63,806 nt of DNA, filler included, from Rhabdomonas costata (GCA_019059605.1; 21 parts of 21 records of this genome joined end to end with filler, not necessarily neighbours in it), one strand, 5' to 3'. Shown: positions 1 to 13,242, numbered from the whole stretch's first letter. Numbers and translations: made by a program. The notes: generated from the sequence alone by a model not told the origin.

Positions 1-1250
1 GGTTGGGCAGCGATTTCCAGTTGTGCAGGACCTCGCTGGGGCAGCCATGAGCCATCAAGGGCGGAACCATGGGAGAGGCGACGGAAAATGAGCCATCTGC
101 GGAACCGCAAGAAACATCATTCCCATTCGATACCGATGCAATCTGTTCAGTCCTAACCGGCTGCTCCGGCTGCTTTTTCTCCAAAAAATGCGAACCGTCT
201 GAAGGCTGCAGCACACTTCGACGAATCAAGACATCGCAGGTATCCGCCCGCCGGTTCATCGCCTGGGGCAACATTCAGGCGGAATCTGCAACCGACGTAG
301 GAAGCCCCGACCGCCATTGGTAGCGATGACGGTCAGCGCTAGCCGCGCCGCACCCCAGCTTGATAATTACTGGGAGCCGGATCTTCAGAGTCTCCTGTCC
401 AGCCACAGCGGGCGGTCCCCGTGGATGTCATCCGGGCGCCGGCATTGACACTGGGCAGCGGTCAGGGAGGGATACTTCTTGACTGGCGTTCTGTTCAATT
501 TTTTTGGTGTTCGCCCCTTTACCAAAGAGGTGTATTGCCCATGCCGCGCTAAGTACTTGCTCTATTGTACTCGGATATCTCCGCCCGCACGCTTTCGCCA
601 ACCCCCCGCAGGCTCTTCCATGCGTGCCTCTGTACAAGAAACGTCGGCGCGGATCGAGCTCTTCTTCTCGGCGAGTTCTCGCAAGCCCACGCTCACGCAC
701 TACCCACGTTTATTCATTTTTTCCAAAATCTGTTCTTAGAAGGACTGGATCTCACTCGACCCGCAATGACCCGCAATAAACCCCTTGATAGAAGTACCAA
801 GTTGCAATGAACCGGAGAGCACGATCGTCGAGGCCCGACGCGGAAACCTAGGGGCGTCCTGCTGGGACGTCTTGTGCGCAGCCCCTCAAACTAGCTATCT
901 CAGCACATCTAATCTTTCTCGAAATAGCACGTCTCCTTAGTCACTCTCACGAAAAAATTTCATCCGACACACTTCGTTCAGTCACCCACTCCACGTAGCT
1001 CAAAAGCCCCGACATGATTCGTTCAGTCACGGTAGTTGAGTCTCCATGAAAAAAATGAGCCCCGGTTGCTCATCATCTACATGACATGGTGACGAAGGCT
1101 TCCGGCAAAGGCTGCACACTCGAGCATCGGGAATCCGATTCTTGTGATAGAAGACGAGAACTATAATGAGTGACAATATAGACGGCGCATGAGACAAACC
1201 TAGGGAGAAAGGAAACAAGTGCCACCTGAAGGGAGGAGCCGAGGACCAAC

Positions 1251-2382
1251 TTTGTTGGTGGCAAAGCTGCTGGTCTCCAGCTCGTCGTCTGTCACGCTGT
1301 TGGGTGCCGCACGCTCGTACAGAGGCTCGAACACCGGCAGCACCTGGGCCTTGCCCGGCACCGTGATCGTGGCGACGTGGCGGAACCGGAAGGCCATGCG
1401 AGCGCCTTCTTTGGTGGTGTTCGAGACCAGCACCACCGTGCCGAGCTTCTAGGGAACAGGTGGGCATCGTTGCGATCCAAGAGTCAAACCAGTGCGGGGG
1501 GATTTCAAGCTCTGCAAGGCGCTCTGAAGCGCTACAGCGATAATTCTTGGACGTTTGTGCAAAATGCACAGGCGTCCAAGAATTAATGAGTTAACGCGCA
1601 TCGCGCTAAATGTCAGCAAAGATTTATTGGGTATTCTTAGGGTGGGTGTAGGTGCACGTTAAGCTCAGTCCCGACAGTGCCAAGTTCCAATTCCAGCGCA
1701 TACTTACTCTCTAGGACTCTCCCCACCTCGCTGCAAGAATGACCCATTCCAATGAAGGCAGGAAGACTGGGTGGAAACGTTCAGATTCCGCCCAGCCAAG
1801 AGAAGGACCGGAGAGCCAGTCCCAAAGCAGACATACTAATCTCGACACTGCACGCCCATAGATGTCCTCAACCACCCTCCGATATTCAGCGCTTCCCCCT
1901 TCCTTCCCTTTGAATAAACAGCAGTCCATACGAAACCGCGTAAACGGCGAACCTTGTTCATAGATTCCAGGCGGCTGGCCAGGTTGACCCCATCCCCTTC
2001 GGAAGAAAGGATGCAGAGAAAGTAGACGAGTGAACGTAACGTGAACCGCTCTTCTTTTTTTTTTCTGCTTTCATGTTGTGCAGTGAGACACAATATCCCT
2101 GATTCACTGGACAGCAAGGAACGAATCAAAACTCTACTCGATCTGCCACAATACAAAACAGTTCCCAATCATGCGAGGTGGCCGAAGATGCAACAGAATC
2201 ATAAAGAACCGGGTAATGGGGTTCACGAGGAATTGACTGGAGACCGGGAACATAAAGAAAAAGAAAACACAGAAAGACACGCACGCAGACACGCACACAC
2301 ACCCAGGCAGGTGTAGTTGATGCGGTGCTCACAGCCGACGTTCCCCACCAGCACAGCATCGGTGTTGATGCCAATACGCATC
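1251..2382 (-). CDS. Class III adenylate/guanylate cyclase catalytic domain, partial; exons 2382-2303, 1996-1953, 1448-~1251
   Basis: GT-AG joins with compatible phases give MRIGINTDAVLVGNVGCEHRINYTCLG/DGVNLASRLESMNK/KLGTVVLVSNTT...VATITVPGKAQVLPVFEPL. This contains the class III cyclase GxxVNxASRLE motif. The 3' boundary of the last exon is uncertain (1251 or 1226). Confidence 0.92.
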
Positions 2383-2947
2383 CTACGTGGGAGCGTGACA
2401 GCACTGAACACAAGCCGAAACTCAGAAATCGTCTCCCGACGACGCCACCTCCGGCCCGGCCTGACAGGCATGCACTTCTAAAAATCCCTGACGGCCGCGG
2501 CCTACAGGGTAATAAAAAAATATAGGGTAATGAGATCCCCATACAATTACAAAGCTGACACTCTCCCCTACATTGCCACACGACCACAACTACTCACCTC
2601 TTCGAAGTGAAGAACGACAACCCCGAAGGGAGGAGAGCCCAACGGCATACCCGCGGAACATACAACACCGAGGGTTTTTTGAAACACCCACCCCTAACAA
2701 CATCCAGCACAAAAAATCACAGCGCAGGGTCCGTGCCGATCACTCGTATCCTGCGTCAGAGGTAAAACCAACCAAATCGCAAATCCCTGAGGGGAAGAGG
2801 CAGGCAGGACTCCTCAGTGGTACAGTGGTCTCCGGGTGAGCTCAGGCCTTTCAGTGTGCTTTAATTGCCTACTGCTGGGATAACTTTTGGCTATTCTCCA
2901 CGAGCGTATCTCAGTTTGTCTCAATTTGTTGGCTCCACCCCCCCACC

Positions 2948-3047
2948 NNNNNNNNNNNNNNNNNNNNNNNNNNNNNNNNNNNNNNNNNNNNTTAATTAAT
3001 TAANNNNNNNNNNNNNNNNNNNNNNNNNNNNNNNNNNNNNNNNNNNN
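2948..3047. other. Artificial contig spacer (N-run, TTAATTAATTAA, N-run); first of 20, recurring about every 3.04 kb
   Basis: Identical 100-nt spacer with stops in all six frames. Genes on either side are unrelated and truncated, so adjacency across spacers has no biological meaning. Confidence 0.99.
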
Positions 3048-4329
3048 TGTGTTGTTGATGCAAACTTGCATTTCGCGGTGCGTGGTCCAATAAAAGTTTG
3101 CTTTTCGTTCGGACAACGCCTCGTTTTTCTCACTTTTTAATATTCTTGGCAGTATTTTTGGATTCAAGAGCACAGAAACTTGCGGCACAAGCAAATTGAA
3201 CGGCACGGGACTGGGAGCTCTGAGGTTGGAACCGCCCATGACGCCTCACGCATGAATGCAAGGTCCCATTCAGTGCGCCACAGAGGACTCCACTTCCCGG
3301 GCGCTAGACACATCTCCCGGCAGCTATGCCGACGCCGTGCGCCGTCGACCATCCCAACCCCCACCGCACAATTCTCATGGCCCATCCGGTCCGAAGAAAG
3401 CAAACTACTCCTTGTGTGTGCGCGCGCGTGTGTTGATGGTCACGGCGCACACTCTCACCCAAGTCGTTCCATTCGGCACGAACAGCAGCACCGTGAATGC
3501 GCCAAAAAAACCAACATGTGTGCATAACAAGCGGCCAAAGGACACGCCACAGCACACCGCAACAAGGATCTCTGTGTGTGTGCTTGCGGTATTTGCGCAA
3601 AACAGAAAAGAAATAAAATTCTTTTATGCAAATTTTGTGTGCTTTTTGTAATTCTCAGTATTAATGTGGTATGGTGATCACCATCACATTTTTGCCCTGC
3701 TGTCGTCCATTGTCATTCTGGTTTGAATTGAACTTGAAGGAACTCACATTGAGTTGCCCGCCATAAATATTGAACTTTGTCACCACCATGATCGCAAGTT
3801 TGCCCATCGTAAGGCAAAACGAAATGTCTGTGAGCGTGTGTTTTAGCCGACTCCTAACATACCTTGGTTGGATTAAGTTTCAACGTTCAAGGATTTTTGT
3901 GCTACCTGTTTGTGCAGATGAACCTGGCGTCTGTGCGTAACGGTTGCTGCTTCGGAACCTCACTTCAGCTGCGGCTGCGTTGTGGATATCGGTGAAATTG
4001 GCTTATACTATACCAGTCTCGTGGTATCCCAAAGCCCAATATCTCCGGATCTGAGTCATCCTATCAATTAAACGTTGTTTGATACTTTGCGGCACATGCC
4101 TTCATGTTGGAAAACGGATTTACTTTTTCCGTGAAAGAAACCCGAAGTCAAACACACCCCAAGACCTGAGCTTTTTAGATGTGACCTTTTCGGGATCTCC
4201 CTTCTTTTCTCCGATTTGTTTCTCTTTTATTTCTCCATCTACTCGTTTTAAAATTCCTCCAATCTTCAGAATCTTTATCTCGTTGTTACTATCAGGGCAA
4301 AACCACAACAAAAGCAAATGCATGTGCGC

Positions 4330-5780
4330 ATCGAGAATTGCATTTATACACGCAAGCCTTCACATACATCTTCTCTTCTATAATTTCTTTAGCTTGGCCT
4401 TCTTTTTGGCCATCGTCTTGCTTCAAGTCTTTGTGCCTACTGGATTGCATCTCTTTTTATATATCTGGTGCACTTTATCTATTTTCCTCTCTGCTTGCTG
4501 GATGCTCTTCTTTATTCTGTGCCTTACGCTTACAGCGCCTTACTGCTTTTTCTTCTTTTACACTTTACTTCCCAATCATTTCTCTTATATCTTTCCGGTT
4601 TGGCCTTCTCTCGCCTTTACCTCTGTAGCTCTGATTTTCCACAAGGCATGCCGTCGTGTACTCGGGCTGTGGTTTTTCACAAATTCCCTTGGTCGTATGA
4701 CCTTGATATTGCTTCCACTTCTTCCTCATCTTTCTCATCAATCAATTGCTCACCTATATTTATCAACATTTATCAATTGTTGTTATCCAAATGCATCACT
4801 GCTTTATCACCTCTTGAGATTTTATGACGTATCATCTCACCAACAGAAATATTCTATGCTATTGCAGAAACAGCGGTCTCATCTACACTAACTGAAGCAC
4901 TGAACTCCAATCTTTAGCTTGTCGACCATTCCTACAACATCTCTTGTATATCTACCACTCCCTCTTCTTCGTCGAACACAAACGTGTTCTTCATCTTATT
5001 ATCGAAGACTCTCCTAAGTGTCATGAGCCGTTGTAAAACGCTCTTCAATCCCTGCGACAGCAGTGGAGTACAATGCAAGCGCCAATTGCCATAGGTGTTG
5101 AATTCCAAGACACGTGGAAGCCAAAGTATTCCTGCCAACATGTGTAAGGCGTTAACTGCACGTAAATTTCAATGCCAATGCTGCTCCTTTTTGATCATTG
5201 GATGTTATGTTGATTGGATTTGTGCTTTGTGGAGAGCTGCGCACCCGTTTTGTGGTTGTTTTTTGTTTTATCTTATTTATTCTCTTTTCCATGCCATTCC
5301 TGGACATAAATGAGCCAGATTACGACGGCATCCAACATTATAGTCCACACGCCCCATTATACCATAATCACTCTACACAATCATTCTACCATATCCACTT
5401 AATCCAGCATCCCTCCACCATAATTGTGGTCCCTCAAAACCACTCAAATCATGAACACAGAAGGAAGAATACACTCACGTGTCACTCCACTCACCCCACA
5501 ACTTACACGGTTACGTTCTTCCTGGCGTAGCAACAGATGGAATCCGCATTTGGGTTCACTCCAGCATCTTGGCCGTATGAATGCATCTGGGTAGTGGACG
5601 TATGCGTAAAGTGGGTCATTAATTACACGCTTTGGGATATGAGCATGAGTCAAAGAGCGAGGCCCATGCACAGAAGAAAGAAGAGTGAAACAAAACAAAG
5701 TGGAGTAGCAAGCATAATCTTCCACTCTAACACTTTTTACTCCACGTTTTCATCTTCCACTTCACACTTCCATCTCAGAG
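4330..5780 (-). pseudogene. Decayed coding relic, possibly a hAT-type transposase C-terminus
   Basis: AT-richer, intron-less stretch with many stops and frameshifts. Fragments EWKIMLATPLCFVSLFF and QHLWQLALALYSTAVAGIEERF resemble hAT RWxxxLxxPL and dimerisation-domain motifs, and are followed by an E/K-rich tail. The 270-aa + strand ORF is probably its antisense shadow. Confidence 0.3.
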
Positions 5781-6647
5781 GAATGAATTTCTCTCTCTCA
5801 CCAACATCAACTCTGTATACGATTTACGTGTTGGTGGTGGATTTCCCACCTTCTCTCGTTACATTGTGTACACGGTGGAGAGTGTGTAGTGGTAGCGTAA
5901 GAGTAGCAGTTGAGCATCATCCTACACTCTGGTTGGCATCTGGGTCTCAAGAACGCATCTTGTAACATTGGCATCAGCACGTCACCCCCCACCCNNNNNN
6001 NNNNNNNNNNNNNNNNNNNNNNNNNNNNNNNNNNNNNNTTAATTAATTAANNNNNNNNNNNNNNNNNNNNNNNNNNNNNNNNNNNNNNNNNNNNGTTTTT
6101 TTTTTCGGGGGGCTTGGTTGAACCAACGGCCAACGGCGTTGGCTTGTAGGCTGAGGGGGCGAAAAGCCCCCCAGCCTTCTGCGGTTCGACTCCCATTCAC
6201 CTGTTTTGTATTTTCTTTGCCCCTCACCACCACATCGGCACATCTCCCTTGCCCGTTTCTGTGTTGCCCTACAAAACGCGCTGCGAGCAAACCATGATTG
6301 GGCACAAGTTCAGCAAACGCTACTGCGGCGTTCCGGAGGCTGCTTCGTTCCAATGCGAGGTGGGGGGGGGGGTCGAAAAGAGCGCATTACGCAGGGCTTG
6401 TGACTCACGTTTCTTCCCTGGTTCCAGAAGGTGCCGTGGAAGCAGCTGCAGGCGATCATGAGTGGGTTCGGCCAGTCTCTTCTCTGCGCATTCTTCTTAA
6501 CTAATTCGGTCGCGTTTCATCCTTGAAACCGTATGAGGCGGCGTTACGTTGACCCACATCATCCGTTCAGTTTCTTGCCCTTTGAGCATCTGAAGTGTCT
6601 CGAACGCCCGTGCACTCGGGTGCCTTCTTCCGTATTCTTGCTACACA

Positions 6648-8801
6648 ATGCAGTGCACTACATCGGGCATTTCTGAAACCATGATGGTATCTCCACGCCC
6701 CTGCTCCTCCAGGCGTTCCATCTCCACCATCGGGGGAATAGCACAAAACGGGTCCTCCCGGTGCCCAAAGTGTCTGAGGAGCCTTGCGTCCATTCGAGTG
6801 CTTCTGTTTGTGGCCTTCCTGCTGCTGATGACCGTGAGCGGGTTCCTGGGGTACTACCTGACCTACCTGCAGGGCCAGAAGTCACTGCAGGACGTGGCAC
6901 AGCTGAGCATGGCGGAGGCTGCTGGTCGGGTTGACGTTCTTGTGCGGAGCAAGGTCAGCCTGGGTCACCAACTAAACCTCATGGGTGTGTGGATTTTGTG
7001 TTTCCTGTTTTGGTCGGTATAGTCTGAGATGGTGAGTCGGCACGCTTTCGCGCCACCACCTTTCGAGTCCAACCACTTTTCAGGTGCCCACCCGACGATC
7101 GCACTTCGTGACAACTGTCTTTTTCAGGAATTACAGCTGTTTCAATAATTTTTTCCGTAAGTTCAAATAATCCGCGACGGTCCCCCAAATTCGACTGCTT
7201 TCTCTGCGGAATGCAGTACACACGTAAGCACTATCTACATATTCGTACAAACTGACGTGGAATTTTCAGCAAATTTTAGCGCATTAACTTGTGTTTTTCA
7301 ATCTATGTCGTCACCATCATCAACACCATCATGTCTCACGCAGAGAGCAGCAGCTTCTTCCACAAGAACGTTGCCATGAACAACTTTGCTGTGGCCTACT
7401 ACGATTGGTTACCATTGACCACCGAAAACATGCTGAGCGTACCGGATGCCTTCGCTTCCTCCTTGCTTGCGTGGGAGCCAAGCCATGGCTTGGCGGTCAG
7501 CCCTCTAGCCCCATGGTTTGCAGCTCTAGATTTCAACAGAACCGTCTGCAACGACACGGTCCACTTTCCGGGAAGCAACTGTTCGGTGTTCGGCGAGGAG
7601 CTCTACCCCCTGGACAGCAACTACAAGCCGATATGGATTTCTCCGATCGCTATCAATGTCCCCTACAACCAGAGCGACATGACGTACTGGAAGACCGGTC
7701 CGATGTCCCGCAGTTCAGGCTGGCGCTCCTCAGCCGCAAACCGCTTCAATCCAGGCTACTCCGATATTTATCCGACCCCTACGCTGCCCCCCTTCCTCAT
7801 CATCCAATGCAACGTTGCAGTCATCGATGAGAACGGGCGGTGTGTGGGGCAGCTTGGGAAGGACCTGCTGCTGGACTTCCTGAACAAGTTCCTGCTTCAG
7901 CTGGTGAGCACGGACGCGATGCTTGGGGATGGGGGTCGAGCGTTCGTTTTTGAGTCGCGGGGTGGGCTTCTTGTGGGTGCCTCTCATGGCGAGGTGTACT
8001 CTGAGCAGCCGTGCAGCAGCTGCAGCCTGGGGATCTCCGTGGTTCGGTACCGTGCAGACCAGAGTCGCGACGCTGTGGTTGCTGCTGCGGGGCAGTCGCT
8101 GCTGAGCTCCTCCATCGATGGCCAGTTCAGTGCACCGAACTTCCACTTTGGGCAGGGCGGCTCGAGCTACTTCCACTTTGGGCAAGCCTTGACGGACGAC
8201 CTTGGGCTTTCGTGGCAGACCAGCGTTGTCATGTCGGAAACCACTCTTTTCAAGGTTTCTGAATTCTCTTCGTTTTCGTTCGGTAGTCGTGGTCTTACGT
8301 TGTCTTCACGTTGTCCTCGTATTTTGCATGGTTTTTCTTTTGGTGTTCACTTACTTTTTGCTCTTCCTTTTATGCTGTATTGACTCTCCCTTTCTTGGAT
8401 TGTGAGATAATTATGGAACCACCGTTTTGCGCTAAAAGTGAATGGATTCAATAGCCGTGCACCCCTCCACCCCCTACAACAGTCCTCGGCATGCATACAA
8501 ACCAGATATGTTTTCCTTGTCGATATGTTTGGGCTGTATTCTGAATGCTTGTGTTGTAGGGCATCAATGCTGCAGTGCTAAGAATGGTCGGCATCACCAT
8601 GGGCGCGGTGGTTGCGCTGGGATTGCTGTGCAGCGTGGTGATCTCTGCGCTGATCACCATTCCCTTGTTTCGGCTTGCCCATGGGATGAGCCAAATGGCG
8701 GTGCTGAAGATCGATGATACTTCGGGCCGCTCCATCCTTTCCTCGCGGTCTAAGTTCCTGGAAGTGGCGACGTGTGAGAGCTCCTTCCTTTCGCTGGAAA
8801 G
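6648..8801 (+). CDS. Membrane receptor with TM, Cache-like sensor, TM and HAMP (probably the N-terminal part of a receptor cyclase), partial; exons 6648-6984, 7344-8254, 8560-8801
   Basis: First TM VLLFVAFLLLMTVSGFLGYYLTY; Cache-like motifs GYSDIY...VIDENGRCVGQLGKDLLLDFLNKFL and GRAFVFESRGGLLVGASHG; second TM then HAMP-like ITIPLFRLAHGMSQMAVL...SKFLEVATCESSF. GT-AG introns keep the frame. Confidence 0.8.
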
Positions 8802-11800
8802 GTTGCTCATGTTTCATGTTTGGCGTTTTCACCGGTTGTGGTTTTCATGCTGTGCTGATTATTTCCGCTTGCTGTCACCTGTCGTCGTTTTTTGGTTACT
8901 AAATTACATTTTGAGTGTTTGATTGAAAGGAAGTCGGGGTTTGAATAAAAGGTGCTACTCTTTATTTCAATCCCCGACTTCCTTTTCAATCAAACACTCA
9001 AAATGTAATTTAGTAACCAAAAAACGACGACAGGTGACANNNNNNNNNNNNNNNNNNNNNNNNNNNNNNNNNNNNNNNNNNNNTTAATTAATTAANNNNN
9101 NNNNNNNNNNNNNNNNNNNNNNNNNNNNNNNNNNNNNNNGTTTGTTGTTCATGATAAAGCCGGGTTTCGGTTCCTGTTTCGCGGGTGGCGGGTGGGTGGA
9201 GTGGAGGTTGCTCCCTGGAAGATGTTGAAGCCGAAAAAATCTGATCCGCTCATTCTTCTCGGGAGGGGGCCGACCGCCTATTTCAAGATCTTTTCCCTGC
9301 TTTTGCCTGTTCCTTAGGACTAAAACGTGAATTTATTCACACACGCCATCAAGCCCCGAGCTCACCTGGCCAGAGCAAGGCGCGAAGGGTGCTGAAGGGC
9401 AACATTGTGCAGGAATGAATTCAGAAGTTTCGTAGGGGGTGCGGCAGTATCCAGATTCACCGCGTTGTCCCAGACCCCGCGAGGTTGCACATAGCAGTGC
9501 GACTGTTCTGCTGCTTCACCAAAAAGAGAAGCAAGGACTTGCGCCCTTGCAAACTCTACAGAGAACACCGGCAAAAATAAGAACAGTGAACAATGAGAGC
9601 ATTTTGTTTGCTTTTCACGGTGGTTGAGGCTATAAAAGTTCGAGGTGAAGTAAGGTTGGATACGGTGGTATTTTTTCTAATTCTGTTTCATTACCCGGGT
9701 AATCGGTATGTCGACGACATAAAAAAGTGCTTGCATTTATTCTCAAAAACGATTGCAGCACACCCGCGTAAAATGGACGACATAGCGAGAAAACAAGAAG
9801 TATCCCAAGAAAGATCCCCTTGAAGCGTGCGGTCTCCACACCTTAGCCGTGCTGGGGAGGTACAAGCTGGGGAAGAATTGGAAGGTTACCCTACGCTTAT
9901 GATCCCATGAAGCACTTCCATATACTGAAAATAATGACTACACTGACTGAGCGACCGCCCGGCATCCGCACTGAGCTTGGTGATCATGTTCACCAGTAAG
10001 GAAACCCTGTAGGAAAGGCAGGGGCTGTCGGATTTGCCAGATTCTCGTTTTCTGTTGAGGACCGTTACATCGTGCTCACTGTTGAGCCCCCACAAGAAAC
10101 CAGACGTACCCCAGAGGCCACGATCTCGCACCGCATCATCCAGTTGTTGTGAAGCGCGATCCAATGCCGACAACACCTCCTGCAGAAACAAAAGGAAAAA
10201 GAACCATACAAAGAAGAGCTGTGGGCATGTACGAGCAGGGAAGCAAACTAAAGGAAGTTGAGCAATTGTCGCTGAGAATTTTGCATCTTTAACGCGACTT
10301 CCAGAAACGGGGGGGGGGCATATCAAGCCGCAATCAAGCCGCAAAAGCAAGCCTTTTCTTTTCCCTGCATCCCTTGCTCGCAAAAACATTGGAAACGGTG
10401 CCGCAGTTGACACATCCTAGGCATCGACAAAGTTTGGTCATGCTGGCAGCAAAGTCACGGCAAGTCGTAATGGCAAAGCAACTGTTCCAATGGTATGTGA
10501 GACAATGCACAAGAGCTAAAAGGCACCGCTCGTGATAGTCTCTGCAAAGAGTTGGGGGTCCTCTCAGTAGTGCCCCGGAACATCACGGCGTATTCCATCA
10601 AAGTGCGAGGCAGTACCCGGAAGCCTTCGGCAGCAACAGGTGACTGATCGCACGAGGTCAGCTAGAACGCTCCGATCAGAAATGGAGATACCGGCCAATG
10701 CTTAGGCTTAGCGTTCAGGCGTCCACAGGAGAAATGGGGTATGAGCAAAAATTCTTGAAAAAAATCTTTGCAAATCCAAGGTGCCAACACAGCGGTTGGT
10801 TTCCATGCTGTCAATTCAGCCCCATACCCATGCCATCACTGAGTTCATTTAAAAACACAGCTGGCGAGTAGTATGGGACCTTTAAATAAGCATGAAGCCT
10901 TTTCTAGGTTTTCTGCGTAATGATTATTGGCGAAAATCATACATGGAAAAGCCTCCTGCTCTACTTGGAAAATTTAAACACGAAGAAGGTCTCATTTTTC
11001 CCACGCGCGGTGAGAAAAATGGGTAACGCAGCCGGTACCCACATCTTCGTGGCCGAACCCAAGGCTTTCCATTTGAGTCAACAGAAATGGCGCTGTCTAA
11101 AATCTGCTCCACAGAACGGTGCAGCACGAGCACAGCTAAGGGGACAGTTCGATGCAGGCCATGTCGGGCCCACAACGTACGTGAAGCCCAGAGCATTCCC
11201 AATCCCCATGGATCGTGCCACAGCACAGCCACCGGACGGCCATGATTGACGTATGCCGCGCAGAGCTGCAAACAAAAAACAGCCACAGCTGCAAATAAAA
11301 AACAGCCACGATTGGCGGACACGCTAAGTGCGGCACGCAATACCTGTTTTAAGGGGGGATGCGAAAATTTATAGAGTAGGTCTACGGAATTGGTAGGAAA
11401 TTGACTTTACTCACTTGGCACTAGCTTTATGTTTCCTGGACCTCTGTAAGTGTTAAATTAAATCGGGTATGGAAAAATGGAGAGGTCCATACAGAAGGGC
11501 TCAGGCGCAAGCCGAATGGAACGTGTAAAAAGGAGCACAGCGCACAGAGGAATTAAGACACAGGAAAAATAATGAAAATTATCAGCAACGAGGAAATCAG
11601 GAAAAGAAACAACTGAATCCGGGAAGGGGGCAGGCGACGCGCAACACACACTAACTAGACAAGCGAATCTGGGAGTCTGGGAGGTGAAATCAACTCCTCC
11701 TTCCTGAGGCAAACCAAAATGCAAAAATGCGGTGTACGCACCTCTGCGACAACAGCAGCAGACCGAGGCGTCACCGGTGGAAGCAGGGGCAAATGCTTAT

Positions 11801-13242
11801 CTTCCTTGTGAACCGCAGCCTCCAGAGGGGCCGTAATTACAAAGAGCTTTGGTATGTCCTTTGCAAAGTCCCGAATTGCAAAGTTCCCATCAATAGCCGC
11901 CGGCGAATTCAAAAATAGCACGAAAGGCTTCTGCCCAGAGGACCAAAACCTAACAAACTTCCCACTTCTTGCCAAAACCGAGTTCCTGCAGCGAATCGCG
12001 AACCACATCTCTCAAAATCCAAATAATTTCAAAGTACGAAGAAAAGAAAGGTCTTCTGCAAAAAAAAATATGGAACACACCACCCNNNNNNNNNNNNNNN
12101 NNNNNNNNNNNNNNNNNNNNNNNNNNNNNTTAATTAATTAANNNNNNNNNNNNNNNNNNNNNNNNNNNNNNNNNNNNNNNNNNNNGTTTTTTGGGGAGGG
12201 GGGGTCTGCACGTGTGGTCGAGATGAAAGAGGGGAGATTTCTCAGCGGGCCCATGCTCTCTGTCTTTTGGGGGGCAACACGGTTGCCTCCATTTTGACAG
12301 GCTTGGAGATTTGTACGTTGTTTCCCTCGCTTTTGTTGGTGTGATGATGTTGGTCCTTCGCAGTGTTGCGCCCTGCCCTGTGAGTTGCCGTGAGCCAGAA
12401 TTACAATGGTGAGCTCTTTCTCCATGCCTCGAAAACTTGGACTGTTAACTCGACCTTGCGTGCGAAAACTCACGCCTACACACACACTAGTCACACCTCC
12501 ACTTGCAGTGCCAGACAATCCCTAGGTTGGTGGATTGGATTGGAATAAAGAAAATTCAGGACATTTGCTGTGTTCGTGTCACTTTGGACTCGAGATCGGG
12601 TTCGCTTTTTATGTGCATGTGCTTCAACCCGTTCATTTCATCTCTGTTCAGTTTGCAGCTTGCTGTTGTTGTGAGAAGATGGAACAGAAATTACCAGCGG
12701 GGGACCCGGAAGCGGATCCTTCTCTGCGGGTTAGTTGTATTTCTCCCCCCCCCCTGACTCTGACTGAGCAAGTTGAGTCAGTTGGAGAGGTTATTCTTTG
12801 GTGCCGCCTATCCACTTCCGTCACCATCAGAGTCGTCCGTTTGAGCGCATTCGTTCGTGTGTGTGTGTGGGTGGGTGGGTGTTTGTCTTCGTCAAGCTGC
12901 TCTATAATTTATGGTACGTCTTTATGTGCCAAGTTACGCCAAAAGTATAGAGTCATCCGAGTTCAGCGCCATAAAAATAGGGTAAAAGACTCAAAGCAGA
13001 AAAGTCACCGACCAATCTGACGTTCCCTTATGTCCCTAATGTCCCTTATGTCCCGTTCCTAGACTTCTCTTTCCTCCCCCTCCCCCTCCCACACACTTTC
13101 TTCTCTCTATTATGACGCTTTTGCAGTATGTGAACTGCCACGGCCCCATTACTGTGCACAACCCACTTTGGCTGTAAAAAAGCAAAAGAGTGTTGTGCCC
13201 TTCCTCCCGTTGTCTTTCCCTGGACTGCGGGGGTTGTTTCAG

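Noticed and set aside
2805..2860. A-box-like tggtacagtgg suggesting a tRNA gene
   Set aside because: No B-box or cloverleaf follows.
4079..4891. 270-aa hydrophobic + strand ORF
   Set aside because: Its F/L/S-rich composition is what the antisense of a purine-rich decayed sequence gives. It has no recognisable domain and lacks the GC3 bias of the real exons.
6095..6108. ttttttttcg resembling the 3' end of the Euglena spliced leader
   Set aside because: It lies in the primer-derived G/T contig start and the rest of the leader is absent.
6985..7343. Possible non-canonical intron bounded by imperfect direct repeats (aactgtctttttca / aacttgtgtttttca), or stop-codon reassignment
   Set aside because: A single ordinary GT-AG intron (6985-7343) restores the frame. 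Genes elsewhere end in normal TAA, TAG or TGA, so no recoding is needed. I found no convincing euglenid-type non-conventional intron in the window.
8873..9039. ~80-bp-arm inverted repeat resembling a MITE or foldback element
   Set aside because: It ends exactly at the contig end, with perfect outer arms and an imperfect inner hairpin. This is typical of fold-back self-priming during amplification.
9360..11340. Probable minus-strand exons in contig 4
   Set aside because: AG/GT-bounded segments exist, but I could not fix the frame or recognise a product, so no CDS is called.
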